From Octopus bimaculoides (taxonomy: Eukaryota): DNA of 64,000 nt. The DNA is taken from assembly GCF_001194135.2 (NCBI RefSeq), contig NC_069004.1:15288178-15352177 (forward strand), read 5' to 3'. How positions within the stretch are numbered: position 1 is the first letter of the stretch; each line of letters begins with the position of its first letter. Positions 1-13,586 of the stretch are shown one piece after another. A model generated the notes under the pieces. It was given only the letters and a program-made list of their open reading frames with translations, did no database searches and was not told the DNA's origin. The position numbers were made by a program, and so were the translations under genes.

Positions 1-235
1 GGCACATAAAAGACACCATTTCGAGCGTGGCCGTTTTCGTGCGGGTGACACGTAAAAGCACCCACTACACTCTCTGAGTGGTTGGCGTTAGGAAGGGCAT
101 CCAGCTGTAGAAACTCTGCCAAATCAGACTGGAGCCTGGTGTTGCCATCCGGTTTCACCAGTCCTCAGTCAAATCGTCCAACCCATGCTAGCATGGAAAG
201 CGGACGTTAAACGATGATGATGATGATGATGATGA
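1..235 (+). mobile_element. young RTE-3'-end/SINE-like repeat with (GAT)n tail
   Basis: Near-identical to other copies (tggaaagcggacgttaaacgatgatg). Confidence 0.85.
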
Positions 236-1190
236 GTCCTGATAGGATGCGATGTCTCAGCAACTAACAACTGATGCAGGTAGTTTGTTCCGTGCTTCAG
301 CAACTCAGTGTGAAAAAATGTTTCCGAAAGTCATGGTACTTGTGCTGTTTTCTGACTTTGTAGGAATGCCCACATGTTAGACACATGGAGCTCAAAAAGG
401 TGCTCAAGGCGGTTGTTGGCACAATGGTCAATAATCTTGTGAGTGTTTACCAAGTCAGTTGCCAGACACTGGAACTGCAATGTATCTCTGCCCAGGGAAG
501 CAAAGTGTTCAGAGTGTGGTAGATGCCTGATGGAGGGTATTTACTTGATTGCATGTCACTGAACAGTTTCTGAGCAAGATAGGATTTCCAGACTGGTGAT
601 GCAAATTCCAAGTGTGGCCGCACCATAGCCATATACAGCCTTAAATAGATAGCTGGAGAGCAGCTGACAAAGTTCTTGCAGAGTGATGCCAAGACACACT
701 TGGCCTTTTTGACAATTTTAGAGATGTGCTTTGTCCAGTGCAAATTGCTGCTGACAGTAGTGCCCAGGTCACATATACAAGAAGACTTCTTGATACTAGT
801 GTAGTGGAGAAAGTATGTGGACACTGGGCATTTCCTCCCAAAGTACATGGTGGTACACTTGTCCACAGCCGGCTTGAATTGCAAGTCCATGATCCATTGT
901 TGTATTGTGTCCAGGTGTGATTGGAGAAAAGATCTATAGTGTTCAGGATCTGTCCTTTTTATCACAAGGTACAGCTTGATGTCATCTGCATATTTCAGCA
1001 CTGGGGCATTCTTTAAGTTGGCATTTATGTTATTAATGGAAGCAACAAACAAAAGGGGACCAAGAACAGATCCCTGCAGTAAAGTAGATGACATCTCATA
1101 GGGTGAAGACTTTAAAATATCAGAGACGACATTACTCTCATATACCTAGATAGTAACAAGTAATTTGGCTGCTCTTTCTAGCATGCTGAG
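236..1190 (-). mobile_element. decayed CR1/Jockey-group LINE 3' portion (RT and C-terminus)
   Basis: ORF 447-1094 carries QGSVLGPLLF, YADDIKLY, DLG and VRPHLEFASPVW; downstream frames read RKHFFTL...NKLPASVV. Confidence 0.88.
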
Positions 1191-2019
1191 TAATATCAGT
1201 AATATGTTGATAATGGAGGTTGTAGTTAACTAACTGGCTTATAAACCCTAACCCTATTCCTTGCATAAAATCTTTCTTGCTACTAAGTTCAAGCTGAGTG
1301 GATCAATGAAAGAACCAGTTACAGCTGTTGCTGACACTTACGTCACCGTCACAGATCCATGTCAAAACTGCTGTTTCATATGTTCTTTTTTAGTCATAAA
1401 TATTTAGAAAGTTGACTTAATTGGATTGTGAATATTTAGCTTCATATATCATTATCATCTTTAAGTGCTCAGCTGTTTCCTCTCTCTCCTTTAGGGAGTG
1501 CAATCCTTATTTACATGGTAGAAATGGTAGAGGGAAGTGGGAGTTATAAGGTGGGGCCAGTTTCAACAATATTTTGACACATCACATAAATTTGAATTAG
1601 ATAACAATTTGGCTAAGATCTCTTGCTGCCAACCATATGGGATCAAACATATAGCACTTTAGCTGGGATACTTGAAAGGGGAAAGATCGCTGACCCCACC
1701 CCCAGCCTGTCAATGAGTTCATTCAACTTGGATTACTTAGGATATCCAGTCTTAATGGGGTGGGGGTTCAAGAAAATAGAGAAAGCTAGGTTTTTATATT
1801 ACATCTGGTAGTTATATTAAGGGTAGGCTTAGTACAGTATTGTGGCGGTACCTATATTACAGTTGTGTAGATACAAAAGGTTTTGTCAAAGGAAAAGACT
1901 TGTCAACTGAAGAAACCACCATAACAAATTTTACTGGTATATATTTATTACTCATTCCATTTGGATTATTACTAAGTTCCATTAATCTGTTAAGCACTCC
2001 CCACTTACCTCCGTTATGG

Positions 2020-2412
2020 TGTATCATCTCAGTGGATGGAATTTGTGGAAGGAGATCCAGGAAGACATGGGATGAAGTATTGAAGACCAATCTCAAGAAA
2101 CTGAGCTTTACGAAGATGACAAAGGATTGAGATGTCTGGTGCCATGCTGTACTCAATTAGGCCAGTCCACCACAGCAGAATTGATACCAGTGCTTGTACC
2201 ATGTAGAATGAACTGGTGCCACATAAAAAGCATCCAGTACCCTGGAATGGTTGGCATTAGAATGGGCATCCACTGTAGAAATAATGGAGCCTGGTGTCAG
2301 GAAGGGCAGCCAGCTGTAGAAACTATGCCAAAACGGACATGGAGCCGAAACAGCCCTTCAGCTCCCATCAGACCGACCAACATGGAAAACAGACATTAAA
2401 TGATGCTGATGA
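2020..2412 (+). mobile_element. RTE-like LINE 3' end (ORF tail plus 3' UTR with gat tail)
   Basis: VDGICGRRSRKTWDEVL..MTKD followed by ggaatggttggcattag..gggcatcc..agacattaaatgatg. Confidence 0.8.
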
Positions 2413-2429
2413 TTGCAGGTGGAATCATA

Positions 2430-3070
2430 TAAAGAAGGCTATATAATGGCTGTTATGTGTGGTAGCAGTAGTAACATGGTATTGTAAACATTGCTGAAGA
2501 TGGGAAACAGTTTTTACTTCCTCAAAATGAAGGATCATCTGCAGGCTGGATGTGTGTAATAGAAATCCATTTTGTAAAAGACTAAATGCAAAAATAGATT
2601 CTTTAAGTTACAATTAACTTCTGCTGGATATGTAATGTCAATGTGCATGTACAACAGTGTAAGCATCTTAAGAGATAAATTGGGTATAAAAGGTATCAGA
2701 TGTATGCAAAAGGGAAGACTATGCTGGTATGGTCGTGATGCTTATGAATGAAGACAGCTGCGTAAAGAAGTTCTGATCTCTAACTGTGGAAGAGGTAGAC
2801 CCAGGAAGATGCAGGATGAGATGGTGATATAGGATTTTCAGATGTTGAGTCTCATGGAGACAATGATAAGTGACCAAGACTTTTGGAAATTTGCTCCGCT
2901 TGAAGAGACATGTCAAGCTAAGTGAAATCATAGACATGGCCAGTGCAGGTGACATGTAAAGGACACCTAGTACACTCTGTGGAGTGGTTGACAACTGGAA
3001 GAGCATCCAGCCAAAACAGAGTAAAGCCTAGTGCAGCTCTCCAGCTTAACAACTCCAGTCAAATTGTCTT
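2430..3070 (+). mobile_element. decayed RTE-like LINE 3' fragment plus UTR
   Basis: Broken frames resembling LR.KLGI.GIRC, WYG.V..MNEDSCVKK and GRGRPRK. Confidence 0.75.
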
Positions 3071-4100
3071 ACTGCAGATGCTACATCCTGATTTCTGGTA
3101 AACAGTTCATACCCCATGACTAAGACTATTTACACATTTCTTCTAACACAGGTAACATGAGACAATTAAGTCCAGCATTACTCAAAGTTTTGTTAGAGTG
3201 TAGCCCAGAATATCACTTTTTGAGTTTAACTTAGACAAGGGCTGGACTTTGCTCATCTGAATTATAAGAATACTCTATAAAGAAGACTTTATTCATAAAT
3301 GCTATGCTGTAGTTACCTCCTTTTTTTCTTCAACATCCAATGACTTATTGCTAATAATGAGTGATATATGAACAGTCTCAATCAATATGGAACAGTTCTG
3401 GCAGTTACAAAGGAAAACAAAACCAAATTAAGTCAAAATCAAAAACCTTCAGTTGTTGCCAAGCATCAGAAGTTGTAAGGAGCATAACAAAATTATTTTA
3501 TGGTAATAGCAAATATACAGAATTAATTCAGCTGCTCAGGGTGTGTTAATTTTGTTTGGGCACCAAACAGATTACACAACCTGTCTAGAAGAGCAACAGA
3601 GCTGCTATGAACATCCAATCATCATCAACAACAATATATAACATCTGATTTCCATGCTGGCATAGGCTGGATGACTTAATAAGAACTGGCAAGGCCAGGA
3701 GCCCCACACCAGGTTCCAGAGTCTGTTTCGGTTTGGTTTCTATGACTGGATACCCTTCCTAATGCCATCCACTTTACAGCATGTACTAAGTGTTTTCTTT
3801 TTTTTAAAGTGGTTGGCATTAGAAAGAGTATGTGATTCATTATTGTTGGTTAAATAGTGTTTCAAGTTCAGAAGAGATTTTCTCAAGTAGCAAACAAGAA
3901 AGGTTGACTAAACACTGATTAGAGACCAACTTGCTTCCTCTGATGACAGAATACCAAGATACGTAGAATAAACGATATACCACCACAGATCTGAAGATGA
4001 TCTATGAACAATCTTTTTCAACCCAGTAATCCATTAATACCAATATACATTTAGTAATACTTTTTTAATTTACTACAATTAACCTGTTTTTTTTTATATT

Positions 4101-4530
4101 TTAACCCTTTAGCATTCTGATTACTCTCTCAAATGTAATGCATATTTATTCACATTGTTTTGAATTAATCATGCATTTTCTTGTAGCTTTGAGAGTTCAA
4201 CAACATGATTGTTCTTAGAATGGTATTGTAGGGTAGGTGTGAAAAGCTAAATCTAAATCTGGCCAGCTTGAACATAAAACCAGTAGAATATATGGGCCTG
4301 GTATGGCAGGTTGAACCCTTTAGCATTTGATCTGGCCATACCTGGCCCAAATATTCTGTTTTATGTTAAAACTGACCAAATCCAACCCCTCACACCTACC
4401 CTACAAAGTCATTAAAAAAATATACAAATAGCATTGAAATCTTGAAACTACAAGATATGTGATTAGTTCAATATATTTTGAATAAATAAACAATACATTC
4501 AACAAGGAAACCTGAATGCTAAAGAGTTAA
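4101..4530. mobile_element. two fused inverted copies of a ~220-bp TTAA-flanked piggyBac-like MITE
   Basis: ttaaccctttagcatt...aatgctaaag(a/g)gttaa termini; the second half is the reverse complement of the first. Confidence 0.75.
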
Positions 4531-4884
4531 TAGAACATACACAATTGATTCCTCTCCATTTGATGTTAATCCAGTCAGTCAGTCAATAGTTGATAGCCAC
4601 AAAAAAAATTCATAGACTGCTTTAGGTGAAGCTTTCTACAAAAGTTTTCAAATACATATGTCTCTCGTGTAAATGCAATAAATGCAATCATATTTATTGA
4701 ACATTAAAAAAAGTGGGGAAGAATAAAGAAAAGATAGGAAGAAAGCAATCCCTGTTCAAATTGATAGAAACTAATTAAAACATTTTCAATTACAAAATAG
4801 TTGTTATAGGTTTTGCAATTGAACACTGAAAAAAAGAATGAATTGTCTGAGTTGATGAAAGCCTTGTGGATGGTTTGTCAGCAA

Positions 4885-4999
4885 ACAGGCAAGAAAGAGA
4901 GAGAGAGAGAGAGAGCGAGAAAGAGAGATAGAGAGAGAAAGAAAGAGAGAAAGAAAGAGAGAGAGAAAGAAAGCTGGATAGATATCATATGATGATGGC

Positions 5000-5044
<45 letters not shown>

Positions 5045-5065
5045 GAGAGAGAGAGAGAGAAAGAA

Positions 5066-5120
<55 letters not shown>

Positions 5121-5161
5121 AAGAGAGAGATAGCTGGATAGATATCATATGATGATGGCTG
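4885..5161. repeat. compound (GA)n/(GAAA)n microsatellite with a duplicated 30-mer (4972-5001, 5132-5161)
   Basis: Read directly. Confidence 0.95.
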
Positions 5162-6287
5162 TCCACAATTGACTAAGGAAGACCATTACTGATCACTAAG
5201 AATACTGTGGTATGCACACGTACATATATTTATATGTACATACATATATACACATATGTGAAGGTGCAGGGCTCAGTGGTTAGAGTGTCCAGCTTACAAT
5301 CATGAGGTTGTGAAGTTGATTCTCGGACCAGGCTATGTGTTGCGTTCTTGAGCAAAACACTATTTCCCATTGCTCCAGTTCACCAAGCTGTATAAATGAA
5401 TTATGATGTCACTGGAGCCATGCCGTATCGGCCTTTTGCCTTTCCCTTGAATAATATCAGTGGCTTGGAAGGGGGAGACTGGTAGGCTCAGGCAACTGCT
5501 GACCTTCCATAAACAACCTTGCCTGGACTTGTGCCTCGAAAGGGAACTTTCCCGGTGCAATCTGATGGTCATTCCTGACCGAAGGGAGTCTTTACCATCT
5601 ACACACATATATACATACATATATATATATGCACACACACACACACAATATCTAAATAGTGAGAAGGGTATGATGGAACATATCATTGCCTGTGTTGATA
5701 AAATCCTGGAGACGGTAGGCAAGTGTGTGTGTGTGTATATATANNNNNNNNNNTGAAACATACAGTTGCTGCTATTTCCATTTTACTGTTGTTTCTATTT
5801 TAACATTTTTCTCGACGTTAAAGGAAAATAGAATGAGGAGGGGAACGGAAATAATTTAGGGATGAAATTTCAAGAAAAAACAAAAGAGACAACTAAAAGG
5901 AAATGTTTTATCCAACCAAAAGTGGTATCAAAGTAAATTTTCAGAAAAGAAACTAAATGGGTAAATCTTTGTTTAAATAAAAAGAAAAATTTATTTTGTC
6001 CCACTTTTCTTTCCTTTTCTTTAGATGTTGAAAGATGTTCAAAATAGATACCAATTAGCCGAAAAATCTTCAATATTAACATGACATGAACAGTTAGGGA
6101 CTCCGTGATGGAGAAAACATATACATATGATACAACCCTTTCCAGGGGATTACATCATTAAGGTGATGTGAGTTTTGGTTGACAGCAATCTTACTATTGA
6201 ATAATAATTTTGTAAATTGCTTCCTTCCCCTATAATAGGGTTTATGAAAACTACCCGTATTAAAAAAACAACATGTAACTTTATAAC

Positions 6288-6360
6288 TTTATTATTTCAG
6301 TACAAACATATCAAGCACAAACAGCATGGCTACAACTTGTTAGCCAATTTTTATTTTATT
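6288..6360 (-). terminator. possible TRIP12 polyadenylation signals (AATAAA at 6288-6293 and 6350-6360)
   Basis: Hexamers about 600 nt downstream of the stop; such hexamers are common in AT-rich DNA. Confidence 0.3.
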
Positions 6361-6945
6361 TTATATATATTTTTTTTTTTTTTTTAGACATCTAGTCCCG
6401 GGGAGATAGGGGGGCCACAAACGCCACTCATGTCAATATTTTACAAATGTCAATCCTTCACACATTAGCTGTGTGTTGAATCCTAAGGATGAATGTATAG
6501 GTGCATAGTGGCAACTGGTCAAATCATGTCTATACATTTTGTTGGCAAACTTGGAGATATTTGTACCAGTTTATCTGTCATGAACATTTGCACTCTCCCT
6601 CACAAAGCATATAAGGCGAAATTTTCTAGATAAATGTTAAAATAAGTTTAGGAATGGTTTTTGATCACCATCTACACTCACCAGTCATTTACCAGAATTA
6701 CTGAAAAGATTAAAAAAATGTTTCTTTCAACCTGGTACATGTCCTTGGAATGATCTTCTGCCAGTCAGATGGTGGCAGTTGATTTCCTTTTTTTCCTGTT
6801 GTCAGTTTTTGTTTGATTTTTGATTTGTTTTTTTTTTTAAATTCTGTGGGGCTTTTTTCTTTTCTTATTTCTTTGTCAGTGCAAACTGCTGTTGGGTCAT
6901 CACCATCTAGATCGTCCATCATAGGGACGTGAGTGGCACTGTACT

Positions 6946-7142
6946 TTAAGATAGGTGGAATGAAAGCTGTCCTTCCTGTGAAGCAAGGTTCAGCTTGTCT
7001 CGCATCACTTCCACTGAAGAATAGTCCGGAAGTTTTAAATAATTCACACAAGTCATCACAGATGGAAGGGAGTTATCAGGGTTTTCAGAATTAGAGAATG
7101 TCTTTCGTACAATAGTCAGAGGTGGATTTAAACTGCGGAAAC
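6946..7142 (-). CDS. TRIP12: TRIP12 last coding exon: [15 protein letters not shown]...[17 protein letters not shown]...FHLS-stop; catalytic Cys codon 7048-7050
   Basis: HECT C-terminal motif, TAA at 6946-6948. Confidence 0.97.
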
Positions 7143-7380
7143 CTGAAAGCATTAAATGAAACAACATATATGAGTCAACAACAACAACAACACAAAACAG
7201 CATAACAAATATCACAGCAATAATGAAATGATACTATTTAAAAATATTCTGGAAGTCATTTTTCTATTATTATTATTATTATTAAAGCAGCAAGCTGGCA
7301 GATTCATTAGCATGCCAGACAGAATGCTTAGCTGAATTTCATCTATCTTTACATTTTGAGATCTAATTCTGCCAGAGTTA

Positions 7381-7921
7381 TGGTGTTGGGTTGCAATCTT
7401 TTGTTGTACGAGTGTTTGTATTGTATGTAATGCAAGCTGTGTTGTTCTGCTGGGTATCGGGTTGCTGGTGGATGTTTACTTAATTGGATATTTGCTAATA
7501 TAGAGTGTCTTGTGTAGGTGGATTGTTTTATTGAACTGATTGACTTGCACAGGACATGGGGTGTTCCTAACAGAGCTATTTTTTTGGATAGTGTGTAGTG
7601 TTGAGGGTCCAGGTATAACTTCTACATTTTTGTTTGTATGCTTTTTTTATTACGCCCAATGTTCCAGTTGTTACTGGTATTGTTTTCACCTTCATGCCCC
7701 ATATCTTGAATACTTCAATCTCGAGGTCTGTGTACTTTGATAATTTCCCCACTTCTTTTTGGGCAATATTTTGGTTAGAAGGGATCACAATGTCTATCAG
7801 TAAACAGGCGTTTTTTTTCCAATCCCTAATTATTAAGTTTGAGTGATTAAGCTTTGATTTCTTTCTCAATTTGAACAGGCATATCCCAGATGATTGTGAC
7901 CTGGTCAATAGTTTTGACCTT
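7381..7921 (-). mobile_element. R4/Dong-like (restriction-like endonuclease) LINE 3' fragment
   Basis: IIWDMP, LLIDIVIP, KLSKYTDLEIEV..W..IPV..GTLG motifs, with a frameshift. Confidence 0.8.
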
Positions 7922-8447
7922 ATGAATAGTTTTGACTGTCAAAACTATTGATAAAGTTGCAAGACGGAACGAAAATTTTAGGAAAATAAAAAGAGAAATA
8001 AGTGGAACTTTTACTGGTGAGTGTGTTAAATTTTAAGGCACAATAAGAAAATATATATAAACTCTCGCCTGTCGGTCACGAATGACCATGGATGCACCTA
8101 AGAAGTTCCCCTCTGGGTACAAGTCTAGGCAGAAAGTCACCTCACAAACGAATGCACAACCTAGGGTAGATTTTTTATGGAAGACCAGCTGTCGCCCATG
8201 CGTACCAGCCTCCCCTTCACAAGGGAAAGGCTGATAGAGCTTGGCACCAGTGATGTTGCACAACTCATTTCTCACAATCGTAAGCTTGATGCTCTAACCA
8301 CTGAGTCATGCGCCTTCACTTTGTGTGTGTGTGTGTGTGAACTGAAAGTGTGCTGAGTGAGTGATGTGTGTGCATAGTATGTAATAGAATAGTATGTGGC
8401 AGTGAGTGCTGGGCACTAAGAATCTACAGATAAGCACTGATATTTAC

Positions 8448-8646
8448 CACCAACTGGAAGTCTTGGAGAGCCAGTAACAAACTGTAAGAAACGGCGTTGG
8501 TCTTCTCCAAGGTATGAACTTAATATTTCAAACAAATATTTGACAGCTTTGCTATCATGAGTATAACCATGGTCAGGACGGCAACATTCCATTAGCATCT
8601 TCACTTCCCAGACTTCACTTCGACTTCCACAAAATAGTTGCTCAAG
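8448..8646 (-). CDS. TRIP12: TRIP12 HECT exon: [15 protein letters not shown]...[13 protein letters not shown]...[14 protein letters not shown]
   Basis: 199 nt, phase 0-1. Confidence 0.97.
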
Positions 8647-10353
8647 CTGAAACAAGAGACAGAGAGAAATGTTAATGAAAACAAAAGTTTCACTTTCACT
8701 GCTGAGAGAGAGAAAGAGAGAGAAGGAGTTTGATGGATTATTCAAGAAAGATGCTTCAATTCACTGATATCTGACAGGAACATCTTAAACTTTTGTATGT
8801 GTCTGAAGATAGTCATGAAGAAACTATTCTAGTGTAAACAAAAAAGCCCCACCACCACCATCATTGTAACCTCATAGCCGAGTTACTGATCTCAATACCA
8901 CCCTCTTTTACAACATCTCTCCTTGCTAATATGAGTTGCATTGTTCATCAGAGTCCCAGTCATTTCCTGTGGAGTTGTTGCCAGCCTAGATCGGTCGGCA
9001 CAACATTCCTTGCTTCAAGATTTCATCTGGTTTATTATTTTATTAATTCTATCTCTGGTGACTCATTCAAAGAACTGACTGCAACAAAATCTCAATTCTA
9101 TTTCATATTAAAAATAACTGACTGCAACAGAATATTAATTATATTTCATATCAGAAATATGAAATATATCACCTACACTAACAGCTTCTAAATGGCTTCA
9201 AACTCATTACCTTTTAATCAATAAGCTCACAACTTACAACCAATTAATCCCCTTACATTCAGCATATAAATGAAACGGACAGAATCTGTATGTAGTTGCC
9301 TGATCTGCTAGAAATGACAGCCAAATCTCCCTAAAAACTACTCACTACCATTTTAAAAGTATAGAAGATTGAATGACCATAAATTATTTTGATCATAGCC
9401 TGAAGCTAAGCAACAAGTAAAATGTTCTTAGTCATTAGATGGTTTCTTCTATAAACACAATCTTTGGACATCTTTTAGTGTTCGAAAGGAAAATGTCAGT
9501 AGAAATTGTGATATTTTTTAAATAGTTTACACATTTTGTTGTGTCTAGCTATGGTTGTTCACTTCTCTGTTGAAATCATGTTAGACAGGTGTTGTCCATT
9601 CTTTTGAAACACCAGGGTCAATAAAATAATAGCAACAGTGAGATCAATTCAAGCAGCTCTACTCCACACTCAGCCCCAGTTAGTTTTATGTGGGTTTGCA
9701 AAGAAATCTTATGTTTCAAATCAATAAAAACAACAAGAACATTTGTAGGTCTTCTAAAAAACATCTATACACAGGCGTGCACACACAAACTCCCACACAC
9801 ATACACTATTAATGACTGGATTTGCATTTTACTACTCTTTAGTGGCAAGTGAACCAAAGGTGAATCAAAATGACATTCTTTTAGGCCATTTTTAATACAT
9901 CTAGATTTAACTTTTTTTACAGAATGTCGCCTTAAGAGTTGGTACTTTATTTCTGACATATGCATGCCTTAACCCTTTAGTATTTAAACAGGCCATATCC
10001 GGCCCAGATATTCTACATGTTTTATATTCAAACTGGCGATATCTAGCCTCTCACACCTAACCTACATTGACATTCTAAAAATAAATAATCACATCATTGA
10101 AACTGCAAAGCTATGAGATAATGCATGATTAATTCAAAACAATTTGAGAGAAAAAGATCTACATTTAACAGAGTAATCTGAACATTAAAGGGTTAAATAA
10201 TTCTCAGAGATAAAGATAACCTTAAACACTCACAAACTCTCTCACAGCTATTTCTAAGAACGATCTTCTGATGGCCTTTCAATAACAAACTGTATGATGA
10301 TGATTTATATAACAAGTGAACCTTTTCAATGCTTCAGTTCATCAGTCAACATC

Positions 10354-10512
10354 TCATCATCATCATCATCGTTTAACGTCCGCTTTCCATGCTAGCATGG
10401 GTTGGACGATTTGACTGAGGACTGGTGAAACCGGATGGCAACACCAGGCTCCAGTCTGATTTGGCAGAGTTTCTACAGCTGGATGCCCTTCCTAATGCCA
10501 ACCACTCAGAGA
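10354..10512 (-). mobile_element. young copy of the same repeat, 5' truncated
   Basis: catcatcatcgtttaacgtccgctttccatgctagc... Confidence 0.85.
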
Positions 10513-11979
10513 TTGCTTATATATTTCACTGGATACAATTTATTTTCATAGCATCATTTTCTTGTACTTTTCAAAAACCTGATCAACCATTCTATAAAAT
10601 CTTTTACATTGTGTTCTTTTGTATCTTACTCCTCTCTTGTACATAGGGCCAGAGAGTCATTTCCTTTTTTCCCTCTTATATACACCAACCTGTATGTAGA
10701 TTCAGAAAACTAGATTTCCTTTCTCTTCATACTTTAAAATGAAGCTTCTAGGTTAGTGAAATAAACTAAATTTACTGATTCCAATGTAACTTCTTTCAGA
10801 TTTCCAACATGTATATGTTAGAAATACTATTTCAATATTTTCTCAAGAATATTATCAATATCTCACAATATTTCTCATATCTATCTCTCTATACTCGAAT
10901 ATGAATTAGAAGCAGTGCTAGTGTAGTAAACATCATTGACCAAACTCATGTATGGGCTTTGCTTGTTTACCAGTAGACCTGTTGAGAGTGGTGAGTATGA
11001 CTCACTGAAAGTGCTGGTGTTTCAACAACTGGTACTCTGTGTGAGTCGTCCTCAATGTGCTAAACCGCAACCTACCACCGAACAAGCAAAGCACATACAC
11101 AAGTATGTGTGGTCAATAATACACACACACACGTTGGATATTCCTAGTGTCCCTCACCAAACTTCAGAATTGATATTTGATGCATTGGAGATATATTTGG
11201 AATTTTAGTCCTTTTAAAGTCTCTTCCTTATTGTTGACAAGGGAAATTACAAACAATGATTATTTTTTCTATTCAACTCAAAACAATACATCCTTCAATA
11301 TTTATTGTTGAAGATTGTGTTTAATTAGAAAGACATGTTCTCAAACATTGAATACCACACGACTCTCGTACATACGCCTGCGAGTTTTAATATCTTCTAT
11401 ATTCTAACATATCAAGTGGATAATTTTATCCATCCAACTATTAATAAAAAAAATAAAATGTAAAAATAAATTAACACTAGTCATTGAGAAGTGGCATATG
11501 GTAAAATAATTTTGTTCAAACTTCAGTGCTATTACAAATTACAGTGGACATGGGAAAATTGGATTTATAAACAGGTTTCAATTGAAGGATAACTCAAATG
11601 TGCAGAAATTTTCCCAAATTGAATCAAATTTCTGTCAGTGACTGAGACTGTATCTGCTGAAAATAAACTACTGCACAGTGCCTTTCAAGCATCAAGCTGA
11701 TACTGCTCGGTTACTAAAACTTTAATTGCCTAAAAACCACTGAAAAACAACAAATGTACATGCAAGGTTAGCTAAGCTAATGCACTAAAAGGAAACCATG
11801 TTGCCTTAAAGATCAGAAAGATATGAGATTATAACTCTCAAGTTGGCTATTATTCTATCCTGGAAGAGCATTAGAAAAAACTTTAGAGTTTCCATTGTGA
11901 GATGTGAAATGAAATCTAGAAAATTATTCAATTTGCAAGCAGATTTTCAAAATTTTTTTTTATGTGCTTTTCATAGTCC

Positions 11980-12253
11980 TCATCATCGTTTAACGTCCGC
12001 TTTCCATGCTAGCATGGGTTGGACGATTTGACTGAGGACTGGTGAAACCGGATGGCTACACCAGGCTCCAATCTGATTTGGCAGAGTTTCTACAGCTGGT
12101 TGCCCTTCCTAACGCCAACCACTCAGAGAGTGTAGTGGGTGCTTTTACGTGTCACCCGCACGAAGGCCAGTCAGGCGGTACTGGCAACGGGCATGCTCAA
12201 AATGGTGTATTTTATGTGCCACCCACACAAGAGCCAGTCCAGGGGCACTGGCA
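11980..12253 (-). mobile_element. young copy of the same repeat
   Basis: Near-identical to 1-235 in reverse orientation. Confidence 0.85.
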
Positions 12254-13021
12254 TAGTATGTAAACATTTTTTTTACAAAATGTAAATTGGAAGAAAAAAG
12301 GAAATTGATAGTAAAAACTTTTCTTTGTTAACACTGTTGAATAACTAATCTGAATGTTAATAGAAACCAACATTAAGATTGCAGCTAGAAACAAAACTAG
12401 TGCAGAAGTACTTAACTAGTATTTCTTTACTTTTTCCATCTCACTTACTTAGATAAGATCTGTTGCATTCTAACATGCATGTAATCAGTTAAATTTAGTT
12501 ATTGATATTATAGGAAAGTAAAGGTGACCTGAAAGGGACATATATGATACTAATTTAGATACACCCACTAACAGGCATGTTCAATTCAAATAGCTAAGTC
12601 TCAGTTTAACATGAACATAAGTAACAGACAAGGCCAATTCAGTGTAATAATCATATTTGTTGACCGAAATAAATTAGTCATCTGGAAGACAAGAACATGG
12701 ACGTTTTAAAAGTGCACAAAGAAGTTTCAACGAAATATTGGAGAACAATAGCAGCTGACTCACCACCAATACCACCAATAGACAGTCGTATGATGAAAGA
12801 ACAGAGAAATCATTAACTAACAGCTGTTTGATGTAACACAGATGACAGACATCTAGTATTGCACAAGCTTTCACTAAGTCCTGCTGCTCTAACTAATATT
12901 ACAAGTAATAAAAAGTAAATTTAAGGACAAGTAATAAAAAAAAAAAAAAGAGTTGAAAATATATTTAGGTGTTATCACTGTAAGACCATGTGGCAGGAGT
13001 TATTTAATGAAGTGAATTACC

Positions 13022-13586
13022 TTAACCCTTTAACATTCAGATTTCTCTGTCAAATGTATTGCTTATTTATTCACATTGCTTTCAATTAATCATACACAAC
13101 CTTGTAGCTTCAAGATTTCAATAGTAAGTTTGTATGTTTTTTAGAATGACACTGTAGGGTAGGTTATGATCGGTATTAACATAAAATAAGTAGAATATTT
13201 CAGCTGGATACGGAAGGATTAAATGCTAAAGGGTTAATAACTATCTGCAGCTACTGCAATCTGCTGTATGAAGGATACCAATATATGAATAGATGTGGGG
13301 AACAGTGTTTTAAGAGTAAAGGTACTAAACAATCCTACTTATTATACTGGTTTTAATCACACCAATAATTGGAAGGGTCTCCTAACCCTTTAGCATTTAA
13401 ATCGACCATATCTGATCCAAATGTTCCGTTTTATACTTAAACTAACCAGATCTGGTCTCTCGTACCTACTCTACAATATCATTTTTAAAATATACAATCA
13501 CATCACTGAAATCTCAAAGCTACAATTCAAAACAATGAATGAAAAACCTCACATTTGACAAATCAATTTGAATGCTAAAGGGTTAA
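13022..13586. mobile_element. inverted pair of the same MITE (13022-13237 and 13382-13586); single copies at 9969-10196, 18772-18983, 30532-30749, 52048-52238
   Basis: TTAA-CCC termini as in piggyBac elements, non-coding interior. Confidence 0.8.

Noticed and set aside
5256-5340. tRNA-like A/B-box sequences here and at other SINE heads
   Set aside because: They continue into SINE bodies and do not close a cloverleaf, so they are not tRNA genes.
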